Source: Candidatus Melainabacteria bacterium 17Bon1m (lineage in GTDB: Bacteria; Cyanobacteriota; Vampirovibrionia; Obscuribacterales; Obscuribacteraceae). From it: a DNA stretch of 64,000 bases. The position numbers and the translations under genes are program-made. Shown one piece after another: positions 31,587 through 41,453 of the stretch (position 1 is its first letter; the number at the start of each line of letters is the position of its first letter). The notes beneath the pieces were generated by a model. It was given only the letters and a program-made list of their open reading frames with translations, was not told where the DNA came from and did no database searches. Location of the stretch: contig JAVLKG010000003.1 in NCBI GenBank assembly GCA_032128875.1, positions 824,974 through 888,973 on the forward strand. Direction: 5' to 3'.

Positions 31587-32615
31587 ATGTCATCAAATCC
31601 TCAAATTGAGAAATTTACTTCTTCAGAAGAAGAGATAGATCTTTGCTTCGCGCGATTCGAAGAGAGATTTCCTACCAAGGCTGATAAGGAGGAGTCAATC
31701 TATAAGTCTCTGACACGAAATGGGTTTTGGTGTGCCTGTGGCACGCTCATTACAGACAGAGAGTATGGAAAGCGCAACGTAAAATGCTCTGCCTGCGGCA
31801 GAAAGTCTTCTATTACGGCGAATACCTTTTACCACGGCGTCAGAAGACTTTCTGCGTACTGCAACGGGCAGTTTTTGATGGGTGAGGGAATCACAATAAG
31901 TGCCAATGATTTTGCAAAACGAAATGGCATTTCATCCTCACAGGGAAACAACATCCTCCACGCTGTTTCTTCGGAAATAGTGAGGGAAATGGAAGATGCC
32001 GCGGAGATACTTACCGCGGTTCTTTTAGAGCCTGTGGGTAAACGCAGTAGAGAAACCCCTGCTGGAGAACATCCTAAGAAAGAACAAGAAGAGCTCGAAA
32101 AGAAAGTTGCAAAAGGAGGGAGTAAAAGAGCTGAAAAAAATCCTCGCGAATTTCCAGCAAGGTTGCCGTCCGGAGAAAAGGACAGACGAATACTCCAACT
32201 CTTGCAGAAAAAACCGCTCACCACCGATGAGCTCGTAACGTTAGCGAAGATGGCTCTGTCTGAGCTTCTCAGCATTCTAACAATGTTGGAGCTGGCTGGA
32301 TTTATTAGAACACTTCCTGGAAATCGCTATGAGGTTATCCAGGAAACAAAAACAGCACAATCAGTACCGGTCGTCGGAAACACTATGGAAAAGCTGCTTA
32401 AAGGTTTTATTCGCTTTGTAAAACTTACATTCCACACTATCTCTCGGAAATATTTGCAGCGTTATTTGGCTCGATACTGGTGTTTCATCGACAGAAAGAA
32501 ATGGAGTTTCGAAACTCTTCTCGAAATGTGCGCGAGGGCGCCATATCAGAGTTCTGCGCAACTCGTTAGTTATGTTACGCCGCTCAAGGCAAAGGCTGTT
32601 TTTGAAGACGCATAG
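31587..32615 (+). CDS. IS1595-transposase-related protein (Zn ribbon + HTH + winged helix; DDE core not evident)
   Basis: CACG...CSACGRKSSITANTFYHG, ISANDFAKRNGIS, and FHTISRKYLQRYL resembling the IS1595 C-terminal motif. Confidence 0.6.
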   Translation: MSSNPQIEKFTSSEEEIDLCFARFEERFPTKADKEESIYKSLTRNGFWCACGTLITDREYGKRNVKCSACGRKSSITANTFYHGVRRLSAYCNGQFLMGEGITISANDFAKRNGISSSQGNNILHAVSSEIVREMEDAAEILTAVLLEPVGKRSRETPAGEHPKKEQEELEKKVAKGGSKRAEKNPREFPARLPSGEKDRRILQLLQKKPLTTDELVTLAKMALSELLSILTMLELAGFIRTLPGNRYEVIQETKTAQSVPVVGNTMEKLLKGFIRFVKLTFHTISRKYLQRYLARYWCFIDRKKWSFETLLEMCARAPYQSSAQLVSYVTPLKAKAVFEDA

Positions 32616-32645
32616 GTGCAGGCTCGCACTGTGCCGGTTGTTAGT

Positions 32646-33929
32646 TCAATGTGTCTCTCTCAACTGTTTATATATTCCATCTGCTTCGGCAGTGCGGTTC
32701 AGTTTGTACAAAAGGCGCGCATAGTCTTCCATAACTTTGCGTTGTTTTTGTGCGTCAATTCCGCTTGATGTTTTACCTATTTCCAGCGCTCGCGTCATAA
32801 GAGGTTCTGCGTCTTTGAGCTTTGAAATAGTGACATACATCTGCGCATAGTCGTGGAGTAGTGAATGCAACTCAGCTGCCTGCGAAGTGTCCGACTCAAC
32901 AATTGCAAGAGCAGTTTTGTAATTCTCTTCTGCTTCTTTGTAGTCATGTAATTCCACGGCACAATTTGCCAACTCATGGTGCGCTTTTGCAGCTTGTATG
33001 CTTTGCGCACCCGCCTTTGAGACTTGCTGGTCGAGAGCGTTCTTTAGATTGAAAAGACGTTCCTGCACCTGAGCTTCCCGCTCTTGCAGCTTGCGATTGA
33101 CCGCCGTGTCAACTTCTAACGGACGCAGCTGTGCACCGCCTGAGGAAATTTGATAATCACCTTGAGGCAAGGGCACACCGTTGAACTTCATTTTGTTCAC
33201 GAGGTCCTTGGTCGGTCCCGCTTCAAAAGTGAAAGTGACAGTCATCTTGTCACCTAAGCTGGCTGGAATGGCCGGATATGGTTCAGCCAGTTTAGCCGCA
33301 TGGAGCCCTGCGTCATCTACTATTTTGACGCCTGACGATTTAGCAACTTCGGCTTTGACTAATTTGCCCGATTGATCAACTGTGATTGCAATTGACACCT
33401 TGCAGTTTTTATCAACTTTTGGGTTGCGCCAAGCTGCGTTGACTTTTCGGCTAAATGCATTGATGTACGAGTCGTTGTCCGCTTTTGTTGACTGGTTGCG
33501 ATTGCCGGCATTAAATGTGTAGTTCAAAGTCATGCCATCTTTTGCCGAAGCGGGCATAGGCGGAAGCTGCCCTAGCGCGCTCAACGAAGCTATTGTCGCA
33601 TCGTCGAATGCTTGGTCGCCGGAGGGCTCTTTAATGGTTACGCTCTTGATTTTTCCAGATTGCTCAATCGATAACGATACGATTACTTTCTGCGCAGTAG
33701 TCTTTTCCGGCGCTTTCCACGCTTGCTGAATTTTGGGGCTGACCAACTTTATGTAAGTATCGATAGAATCTACACCTGGCGCTTTTGTAGGAGTTCTCAA
33801 TGTCGCCTTCGCGACGCCTTTTGCGGGTGCTTTTGATGTATCCGCTGCAAATGCTTCGTTGAATAGTGCATTCGAGACAAGCAAAATCGACCCAGACATT
33901 GCTAATAATTCCGCCGCTTTTTCTTTCAT
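32646..33929 (-). CDS. Exported protein with two TonB/TolA C-terminal-like domains plus TPRs
   Basis: Duplicated KIQQAWK..SG..FD..A / KVNAAWR..SSG..VD..A domains; C-terminal TPR helices. Confidence 0.8.
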   Translation of the reverse strand: MKEKAAELLAMSGSILLVSNALFNEAFAADTSKAPAKGVAKATLRTPTKAPGVDSIDTYIKLVSPKIQQAWKAPEKTTAQKVIVSLSIEQSGKIKSVTIKEPSGDQAFDDATIASLSALGQLPPMPASAKDGMTLNYTFNAGNRNQSTKADNDSYINAFSRKVNAAWRNPKVDKNCKVSIAITVDQSGKLVKAEVAKSSGVKIVDDAGLHAAKLAEPYPAIPASLGDKMTVTFTFEAGPTKDLVNKMKFNGVPLPQGDYQISSGGAQLRPLEVDTAVNRKLQEREAQVQERLFNLKNALDQQVSKAGAQSIQAAKAHHELANCAVELHDYKEAEENYKTALAIVESDTSQAAELHSLLHDYAQMYVTISKLKDAEPLMTRALEIGKTSSGIDAQKQRKVMEDYARLLYKLNRTAEADGIYKQLRETH

Positions 33930-33998
33930 TGCTCTGTCTCTATAAGTTCCACCAGATTCCTAGAAGCCGCACCGAATGACACTGGAAGTAGGAGTCGA

Positions 33999-34358
33999 CT
34001 AAACAATGATTACTTCTTGCCCGCAGCTAATTTGATAGGAGCCTTGCGACGCATTTTGCCATTTGCACAGAATCAAATAATCACCATTGGTAAAATCAAG
34101 TTTTAAATCTTCGCTTTGATTCATTTGAAAAGACATTATCTGAGTATGTAAGAGGCGAAAAATCGAAGGATCTTTCAAGATTCCATTCGGCGTCCAGATC
34201 TCGAAAGCTTGATTACCAGCCAAGGCGAAGTAGATGGGACTGTGCACGGAGATGAAATCAGCATTGAAAGTTAGAACCAATTCTTCTCTGCCGAACGCAA
34301 TTTGAAAGAGCTCTTGCCCTCTCAGATATCCCAGTTCGCTCGCAATGTTGTCGCCCAT
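33999..34358 (-). CDS. Hypothetical protein
   Basis: ORF with RBS (AAGGA) in a run of minus-strand genes. Confidence 0.6.
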   Translation of the reverse strand: MGDNIASELGYLRGQELFQIAFGREELVLTFNADFISVHSPIYFALAGNQAFEIWTPNGILKDPSIFRLLHTQIMSFQMNQSEDLKLDFTNGDYLILCKWQNASQGSYQISCGQEVIIV

Positions 34359-34377
34359 TTGATTTGTGTCTTCCTTA

Positions 34378-35088
34378 TTAGTGCCCGCTTGCTTTGTGTT
34401 GCTCCATACTCACGTACTCTTTGCTCATCAATTCGTAAGCGTTGTAGCGCACCTTTTCCAGCTCCACCGCTTTGTCGTAAATTGCAAGAGCCGTTTTCGC
34501 AATAGGAATATTCGTGCCTGAATCGGGTCCAATCAATTCTTGTAGCTCATCGAGTGATTTGTTAATTGCTCGAACATCACTTTGCCAGCTCTTCCAGAGC
34601 GGATTTATTTTTGCCTCTATATTTGGCGGTACAGCACGTCCGTTAGTGTCTACATCATGTATGTCATCAGTTAGTAGCTGGACAATTGGTTCTAGCGTGT
34701 TGATGTAAAAAACTAACCAGTCTTTTCTTGGTGGCATGTAGTTCTTTTTTTCCCTAAGCATCTCTGCGCTTATGGTGGTTGGGGAGAAATGAAGCGCTGA
34801 GTCGCCCGGCTTCACTACGACACGAGTGGCCTCCAAAAACAAATTGACGGCTTGTTGCTTAACTTGACCTACACTCAATCTGGTGTCGCGCAGATCAGAG
34901 AGCATCTCTTCCGGCAATAACTGCTGCTTATCGTCAACTGTTCGGCGACGCAAAAGCATTTGATGCTCGCTTGAGCGTCCGCTCTGCTTAATGTCAGTGT
35001 CTTCAGCATTTGCAGCCAGGCAGCCAGAGTGTCCGAATGTGGCAAAAGCCGCCACCAGAACCAACGACCTCAGCACTTCTTTCTTCAT
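34378..35088 (-). CDS. Exported helical hypothetical protein
   Basis: Signal peptide MKKEVLRSLVLVAAFA; RBS GAGGA. Confidence 0.7.
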   Translation of the reverse strand: MKKEVLRSLVLVAAFATFGHSGCLAANAEDTDIKQSGRSSEHQMLLRRRTVDDKQQLLPEEMLSDLRDTRLSVGQVKQQAVNLFLEATRVVVKPGDSALHFSPTTISAEMLREKKNYMPPRKDWLVFYINTLEPIVQLLTDDIHDVDTNGRAVPPNIEAKINPLWKSWQSDVRAINKSLDELQELIGPDSGTNIPIAKTALAIYDKAVELEKVRYNAYELMSKEYVSMEQHKASGH

Positions 35089-35119
35089 CTAATTGCAGTC
35101 CTCTAATTTCGAAAAGTGT

Positions 35120-35875
35120 TCAAAGCGCAAACAAATCTTCTGTTAGACCCTTATTTGTTTCCAAATTCTGAAATAGAACAAGCGCGTGCGGCACACCGTT
35201 TTGAAATGTATGCCAGCCGACTGGAGTTTTGGTGTCATTGCTGATGTACAAAACTTCCAAGATTTGGCTGTCTGCTGCTGGTCCGGCCCGCAGCACTATG
35301 ATGCTCACATCTCCCGGAAATGCTTTTACACTTGCTGACGGAGCAGTTGAAGCTGTCGCGCCGCTGCTTATACTGCTAGCCAACACATCATAAAGAGATC
35401 CAAAATCGCTTTGCGCCAAACTGTATCCAGTCGGCAATTGCAGAGTGCGCGAGTCCTCTTTCAATGTGATTTTCATAAAGCTGAGCGCGCCGCCGCCGCA
35501 TCCTTTTATGACACCGCTAGGTTCTCTGACAACGACCGAACCGTTCCTGTAGTCCTTGGTTTTAATAGTGGCTTTGAAAAGCCCTCGATATTTGTACAAA
35601 TAGTCAGCGCCGCCATAGTTTTTCCAGACGCCCCCTTTTCGAGTGTAGAGCTGGCAATAGCATTTGTAGTCGCGCAGTTTTGCCGCTTTGTCTTTGAGCT
35701 GGTTGATGAGAGCAGGACCAACAGAAGTTTTGGCCATGCCCTTCAAAGCGGTTGTATCTGGCAAGACTGCGTCCGGATCAATCTCGAGTGACGCGTTTGC
35801 CGCAACGCATGCAAAGAAAAGAGAGCAAAATGCGCCCACTAATGGAGCGACAAGTGATTTTGACTGCCAATTCAT
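35120..35875 (-). CDS. Exported LolA-like/DUF1571-like protein (start approximate)
   Basis: Signal peptide; beta-rich pattern ending F.N..TNKGLTEDLF. Confidence 0.55.
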   Translation of the reverse strand: MNWQSKSLVAPLVGAFCSLFFACVAANASLEIDPDAVLPDTTALKGMAKTSVGPALINQLKDKAAKLRDYKCYCQLYTRKGGVWKNYGGADYLYKYRGLFKATIKTKDYRNGSVVVREPSGVIKGCGGGALSFMKITLKEDSRTLQLPTGYSLAQSDFGSLYDVLASSISSGATASTAPSASVKAFPGDVSIIVLRAGPAADSQILEVLYISNDTKTPVGWHTFQNGVPHALVLFQNLETNKGLTEDLFAL

Positions 35876-35946
35876 AACCCTGCCTCGATATGCCCACGCA
35901 GCGATGACGTGCTTTGAAGAGCTTATTTCTAGCATATTTCGGCTAC

Positions 35947-36585
35947 CTACGGTCTTCTGTGCTTGCTCTTTGAAAGGACTAGTTTCTCAAGATCGCCGCA
36001 ATTGCATTTGTGGTGAGGGTCGAAGCTCATCGAGGTGCGGAACGCTTTAACTGCTTGCGGCACTTTCCCTTCTCCAATCAGATAGTAGCCAAGGTATCGG
36101 TGTCCTTCGATGGTACGAGGATTGAGCGCAATTGACTTCTTCAAATGCTGAAGCGCGCTAGTCTTGTCGCCCATTTGCAAATGTGACCAGCCCAGATAAG
36201 CCTCCGCTTCGGCATCTGGCTTTTGCGCGAGTTTCGCCCATAAGGGCAATGCTTCAGCAAACTCTCGCCGGGTCGTGTGAAACTTCGCCTGCTTACGAAT
36301 TTCATCTCGTTTTGCAGAAAATTCCTTAGGGTTCCTGGTTGCAGTTAAGGAGTGAATCGTTATCGATTGAGTATTCGAATCATATGGCGCTTCGGATGAG
36401 AGTGGCGCGGTTGCCGATTTCTGGGGCTTCGCTGACTTGTTTGCTGCTGCATGCACTTTGGCAGCAGGCACTTTGGCAGCAGGCACTTTGGCAGTGGGCA
36501 CTTTCTCTGCAGAAGCAAGTCTTCCTGCCACCGAAAAAGTGAGCACCAAGGCGAATGCAAACGCAGATGCGGCTTTAAATACCAA
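35947..36585 (-). CDS. Exported TPR protein (start approximate)
   Basis: Signal peptide, KVPAA-type repeats, TPRs (AYLGWSHLQMG, RYLGYYLIGEG). Confidence 0.7.
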   Translation of the reverse strand: MVFKAASAFAFALVLTFSVAGRLASAEKVPTAKVPAAKVPAAKVHAAANKSAKPQKSATAPLSSEAPYDSNTQSITIHSLTATRNPKEFSAKRDEIRKQAKFHTTRREFAEALPLWAKLAQKPDAEAEAYLGWSHLQMGDKTSALQHLKKSIALNPRTIEGHRYLGYYLIGEGKVPQAVKAFRTSMSFDPHHKCNCGDLEKLVLSKSKHRRP

Positions 36586-36596
36586 CAGAGTTACTT

Positions 36597-38069
36597 CTAT
36601 TTCAAAGCGCCTGTATAGTCCAGCGGAATACCGGGATGTGCACTGTGACGTCCCTGAATCGACTGGCGCAAGAAGCCCAGAGCCCAATCGTGCAGCTGGT
36701 TCCAGCCTACTACCCGGCGCATTGAATTCATACGCCGACGCTTCTCTTCTACTTCCATGCTTAACGCTTGCGAGATAGCATTCGCAATGCTGTCGGGACT
36801 TTCCGGATCAACAATCAATGCACCCTGTGAAAGCTCAGCGGACGAACCTGTTTGTTTGCTCAAAATGAGAGAGCCTTGCTCGTCTTGTCGGCATGCCACG
36901 TACTCTTTAGCGATCAAATTGAGACCATCTTTGATGGAATTGACCAGCAGAACGTCGGCAGCCTGATACCAGGCAGCTAGCTCATTTTGATCGAGATATT
37001 CTTTCACGGCTAATATTGGCTGCCAGCCGTTCGATGCAAATCGTTTGTTGATTGCTCCAATTTTTGATTCAACAAGGACTTCATAGTCGCTCGGAGCTGC
37101 ACCTGGTGTTTTTACCGCGTGGCAAACCTGCACATAGTGGAAGCGACGATGCCAGATTTCGTTCGTTTCAAGAAAACGCTCGATTCCCTCGAGTTTTTCG
37201 AGAACGCCCTTCGTGAAATCGATGCGATCAACTCCAAGTAAAACTTGATTGGCCAATCTGTGTTTGACTCCCATTGCTTCGGCTTTTGGTTTATTGCTGC
37301 GAGCCAGCTTTTGCCAGAGCGAGAAATCGAGACCGAGAGGCATTACGACGACGCGTGTGTGTGTGCGACGGCGGCGAACTTCCATTTTGAGCACGTCAAC
37401 CTGTGCGTTCGGGAAGAGTTCTTTGACTGTATTTAAAAAGTTAGTGGCGTACTCGGTTGTATGGAAACCGATCAGCTTATTGCACAAAAGTGCTTCAACC
37501 AACTCTTTGCCGATTGGCGAGTTGATGATTACTTCCGGCTCCGGCCACGGTACATGCCAGAACTGACAAATTATCAAACCTGCCTGCATAGACATAAGTG
37601 GCGCTGCAAGCGGCACTTGATAGTCATGCAGCCAGCAGAGTGTGGGAAAACTTTGTGAGGAAACGCTCAAAGAATCAGATGCAACAATTTCATTGACCTG
37701 GCGAAACGCCTTCCAATTTTCCGGGTCGAATTTAGCTTTGTCGGTAATGCCATGCAAAAGAGGGAAAAGGTACTCGTTGGCAGCTTTCCTGTGTCTCTCT
37801 GCCAGTAGCGCCGGTACTTTGGGAGAATAGAAGGAAAAACCTTCGGTAGGTGTGTCTTGGTCTGGTAGAGACTGTCCTTCGATGGCGAACCAATGTACTT
37901 TCGTGCCCAGTCTCTTAACGACGGGCTCCAGGCTCTTGCTCACTCCGCCGGACTGCCCGGGACCAGTGTACGAAATTACCTTCAGGGTCGGTAAAAACAG
38001 CTCCAGTTCTTGAAAATCTTCTCGGGACAGTGGGGTTAAAAGAGGAGGTGACTGGAGCGATGAAGGCAT
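36597..38069 (-). CDS. otsA: Alpha,alpha-trehalose-phosphate synthase (GT20)
   Basis: LFPLLHG, WLHDYQ, FWHVPWP, GVDRIDFTKG, DGLNLIAKEY. Confidence 0.9.
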   Translation of the reverse strand: MPSSLQSPPLLTPLSREDFQELELFLPTLKVISYTGPGQSGGVSKSLEPVVKRLGTKVHWFAIEGQSLPDQDTPTEGFSFYSPKVPALLAERHRKAANEYLFPLLHGITDKAKFDPENWKAFRQVNEIVASDSLSVSSQSFPTLCWLHDYQVPLAAPLMSMQAGLIICQFWHVPWPEPEVIINSPIGKELVEALLCNKLIGFHTTEYATNFLNTVKELFPNAQVDVLKMEVRRRRTHTRVVVMPLGLDFSLWQKLARSNKPKAEAMGVKHRLANQVLLGVDRIDFTKGVLEKLEGIERFLETNEIWHRRFHYVQVCHAVKTPGAAPSDYEVLVESKIGAINKRFASNGWQPILAVKEYLDQNELAAWYQAADVLLVNSIKDGLNLIAKEYVACRQDEQGSLILSKQTGSSAELSQGALIVDPESPDSIANAISQALSMEVEEKRRRMNSMRRVVGWNQLHDWALGFLRQSIQGRHSAHPGIPLDYTGALK

Positions 38070-38618
38070 TCTTGTGAGGTACTCCGATAGAGTGGTCCCG
38101 CCACATACTGAGGCTAACCTCAGCTGGCAGGTGTGCAGGGATATGTTTTGCAGTTTCCGTCAACGCCGGCAGAAATCTCGAAAGCCGAGTCCGCCAAAAT
38201 TCCATCGGATTTTGCTGGTTTCAGGAATCTGTCTTGTCCGTAAAAGTTTGAAAGTTGGCTAAGACAAAAGTCAGCCGCCGTTCAAAATCGGGGTGCCGAA
38301 GAGTCCAAAGTGCAATTTCCAGATACATATAAGGTAAGGTATATGCGCTGGGTAATCAAGTTGATCTTTGTTCAATTAATCCCGCCTTAACACACTTTAA
38401 CGAATTGCTTGCTGATACCATCTGCGGTGCGAGAAATTGGACATCGGTGTATGTTTGTCGAACGTTTTCTTTCGCTTCAAAATCACAAAGAAAAACTCTC
38501 TGCGATTTTGAAGCGAGCAATTTAAGATCGCATCGAGATCTTTTGAGAAGTTCTAGGTTTGAAGTTCTTTTTCGAGATCTTCTGGCTGAAGATTTTTGAG
38601 CCCAGCGATCTCATGGTT

Positions 38619-39161
38619 TTAGTCCAGCAGTCCGGGAAGATTGATTATCTCAATCCTGCGTCCTTTTATGTCTACGGTTGGAACTATTGCTTTGACGAAT
38701 GGAATCAGCACAGTGTCAGTTTTTGCGGCATCGGCACGTTTCAGTTCCAGGTACTCTCCCGTCTCGCCGATGATATCGCATACGGTGCCAAGCCTTTCTC
38801 CCTCTGTGGAAAATACATCGAGACCCAGTAGGTCCTTCATCCAAAACTCGTCTTCTTCCAGATCGCGTATTTGCTTTCGCTCAGTTGTAATCAAAGCACC
38901 CATGAATGTTTCGGCTTGTGTGCGATCGCAAATGTCTTCAAGCTTTACAAGCATGTGCCGCTTTTCGTATTTCATACTTTCGACTCGGTGATGCGTTTTG
39001 GCACCGGCTGCGGTGGCGAGTGAAACCGTCCTTACCTCACTCAAAAGATCCGGATTGTTCGTCTCCAGCCGTACTTTGAGAACACCCTTTAATCCCAGTG
39101 CTCCAATCACTCGACCGACTTGAAACTCGCTTTCTGTTTTCGATTTTTCGCGTTCAATCAT
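38619..39161 (-). CDS. rimM: 16S rRNA processing protein RimM
   Basis: VGRVIGALGLKG, DRTQAE, DEFW..DLLG, LIPFV...VPTVD. Confidence 0.95.
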   Translation of the reverse strand: MIEREKSKTESEFQVGRVIGALGLKGVLKVRLETNNPDLLSEVRTVSLATAAGAKTHHRVESMKYEKRHMLVKLEDICDRTQAETFMGALITTERKQIRDLEEDEFWMKDLLGLDVFSTEGERLGTVCDIIGETGEYLELKRADAAKTDTVLIPFVKAIVPTVDIKGRRIEIINLPGLLD

Positions 39162-39164
39162 ATT

Positions 39165-39833
39165 TCAAACGGTTATATTACTCTTCAATGTTGTCTTTTG
39201 CTCTGACTTCCATCTTTTGAAAAGCTGGTTGTCGAAACCAAATTGGTCGAGCACGCGACCAACTACAAAGTCGATTTGATCTTGCACTGTTTCAGGCTTG
39301 TGATAAAAGCCGGGTGAGGCGCAGGACACAATAGCGCCGGCCTCTGAAAGAGCCAACATGTTTTTCAATTGGATATGGCCAAAAGGCATTTCTCGCACGA
39401 CAATCATAAGCGGGCGTTTTTCTTTGAGGCAAACAGCAGCCGCCCTGTGGATGAGGTTTTCGGTCAAACCGGCAGCCAGAGCACCGAGAGTTCCTAGCGA
39501 ACAAGGGACGACGGCCATGCCTTTTGTTTTGTATGAACCGCTGGCCACTGTCGCGCCGTAGTTAGTCAGAGAGTGCACAGTCAGCGGCACATCCGCTGGC
39601 AAGTTCAAATGCTTGAGCAGTTCTTCTTTTAAGTTGTCTCCGAACACGAGATCGTTTTCTTCTTTCATAACCATCAGTGCCGCTTTCGAGACAAGCAGCT
39701 CGATGGGCTGATTCTTCGACAAAAGGAACTGAACCAGGCGAAGTCCGTAAACCGATCCTGAAGCTCCGGTTATGGCGACGACAAATGGCAGCGAGCGTGC
39801 GCTCTCGGCTGTGCTGTCCCCGTTCAAAGTCAT
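39165..39833 (-). CDS. ubiX: Flavin prenyltransferase UbiX
   Basis: AITGASG, ASGS, PCSLGTL, RAA.VCLKE.R, REMP, PGFYHKP. Confidence 0.96.
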   Translation of the reverse strand: MTLNGDSTAESARSLPFVVAITGASGSVYGLRLVQFLLSKNQPIELLVSKAALMVMKEENDLVFGDNLKEELLKHLNLPADVPLTVHSLTNYGATVASGSYKTKGMAVVPCSLGTLGALAAGLTENLIHRAAAVCLKEKRPLMIVVREMPFGHIQLKNMLALSEAGAIVSCASPGFYHKPETVQDQIDFVVGRVLDQFGFDNQLFKRWKSEQKTTLKSNITV

Positions 39834-39911
39834 TTTTCCGTCTCAGCAGTAGTCGGCTTCAAAACTCCATGCTCGGTCGAAAATCTAACTTGGTCAAAAA
39901 TCCGCGGCCTG

Positions 39912-41054
39912 TTAAAAATCCGTACCTGGAGCTTTCTGCCCATCAGGAGCAACGCCGGATGGAATTGTACCAGGCTGCCCGATGTATCCACCGCCGCCGC
40001 CATTGCCTTGACCGCCTTGCGGCTGTTGCGCACCGCCGGAACCGCCACCCTGCGGCTGTCCTCCGCTCTGGAACATCTGGTTACCGGGTATGAAGGAACC
40101 CTTCTGCGAAACGTCTGGAATCAGAGGTTGTTCTGGTTGTTGGTCTTGCTCTTCTTCCTCGGCGCCGGCTTTAGTTCCTCGTTTGGCGAATCGTCTGCCG
40201 CCGTTTCTATCGACCCGATCGGCGTCATCCATCGGGGAGTCCAGGACAGAAGTGCTTCCTGCCGCAGCCGCAATGCCCATTTTGAATGGCGCATCGATTC
40301 TGATTGAAAGAGGAGAGCCCGCCAGTATCCAGAGATTGTAATTGCGCTTTACCAGCGACCGGACATGAGACATGCCGGACATTTGAGTTCCCGCTTGACT
40401 GTTGCCGTAAATAGGATCTCGCATGATCTCCTGTGGCGTTACGACCTTTGGCGCCTGACCAGGCTTGGTGCGGAATCTTTGCGCCGCCCCCGGAGCGACC
40501 GCTTCAAAACCAGCCTGGGTGCCCACATAGGCTATACCATGCCCCAATTTTGTGTTGGCGCGCTCCATTCCACGACCGCGTCCGCGTCCGCCTCCTTGCG
40601 CCTGCGTTTCACCCGCTAACGACGCCACCATTGGATATGTCACGCCGTCTGGGGTTCTTAGTCCGGAAAGCTGCACTCTCAGCTGACCGGTCGGCTTTGG
40701 AAAACCTTTCTGGCGCGGCAGTTTGCTCGATGAAATGCATTCCACAACTTCACCGATTACTGAGGAACCCGCTGGAATTAGGACGTCGGTGCCGTTCGCT
40801 AGTACCGGCGATGAAACTTCAACTTCAAAACGCTCTCCCGGCTTGCTGCACGACGAGCCGATTGTATGGTCGATGCGCCCTTCAAAGTGAACCCCTATAG
40901 GAATGATCACTGTCTTGCCGTGCATCGTGTGCGCAGCGCGGTACAGGCTGTCGGCCGACTGATTTCGCTGCGCTTCCGCCGGCTTTAGTAAGCCGAAGCC
41001 AGATCCAGTCAGAGCCGCGATGCCCAGAGCGAATAATGCAGTTTTTGTCTTCAT
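39912..41054 (-). CDS. Exported TrbI/VirB10-like beta-domain protein with Gly/Gln-rich tail
   Basis: IP.G..FEGRIDHTIGS....GERF...VSSPV......LIPAGSSVIGEV...GQL.V.L pattern. Confidence 0.5.
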   Translation of the reverse strand: MKTKTALFALGIAALTGSGFGLLKPAEAQRNQSADSLYRAAHTMHGKTVIIPIGVHFEGRIDHTIGSSCSKPGERFEVEVSSPVLANGTDVLIPAGSSVIGEVVECISSSKLPRQKGFPKPTGQLRVQLSGLRTPDGVTYPMVASLAGETQAQGGGRGRGRGMERANTKLGHGIAYVGTQAGFEAVAPGAAQRFRTKPGQAPKVVTPQEIMRDPIYGNSQAGTQMSGMSHVRSLVKRNYNLWILAGSPLSIRIDAPFKMGIAAAAGSTSVLDSPMDDADRVDRNGGRRFAKRGTKAGAEEEEQDQQPEQPLIPDVSQKGSFIPGNQMFQSGGQPQGGGSGGAQQPQGGQGNGGGGGYIGQPGTIPSGVAPDGQKAPGTDF

Positions 41055-41138
41055 CTCGAAAGCCCTCAAAGAGGCATTTGTTTTAATCGATGTAACTTAG
41101 TGTAGATCAGGCTTGAGCGATTTTGCTCGCGGCGGCGT

Positions 41139-41453
41139 TTAGTTTTTGTCTGCTATGTCCTCTGCTCCGGTGCCGCTATTACCATTCGTTTGCGCTGATG
41201 CGGCAGATGTCTCGTTCGGCACTCCCGCACTCGCGGCGGTTGCTTTCGCTTTGCGAACTTTCTCGAGCGCTTGCCTGGCCATCATCACGTTCAATAAATA
41301 GGCCAGGCCTAGTGCCACCACAATTAGTATCACCATTCTGCCCACGCCGGCGACGAACTGAAAAATCGCGGGCAGCATAATGCCACAAGCGGCCAAAATA
41401 ATCAGGGCGCCCCCAATTTTGACCAGCTTGCTATTGCCTTTCTCTTCGCTCAA
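41139..41453 (-). CDS. Small two-TM membrane protein
   Basis: Two hydrophobic segments; overlaps the upstream gene stop. Confidence 0.65.
   Translation of the reverse strand: MSEEKGNSKLVKIGGALIILAACGIMLPAIFQFVAGVGRMVILIVVALGLAYLLNVMMARQALEKVRKAKATAASAGVPNETSAASAQTNGNSGTGAEDIADKN

Noticed and set aside
39830-40048. 72-aa ORF between ubiX and the VirB10-like gene
   Set aside because: Mostly overlaps the 3' end of the longer gene in another frame; no motif support
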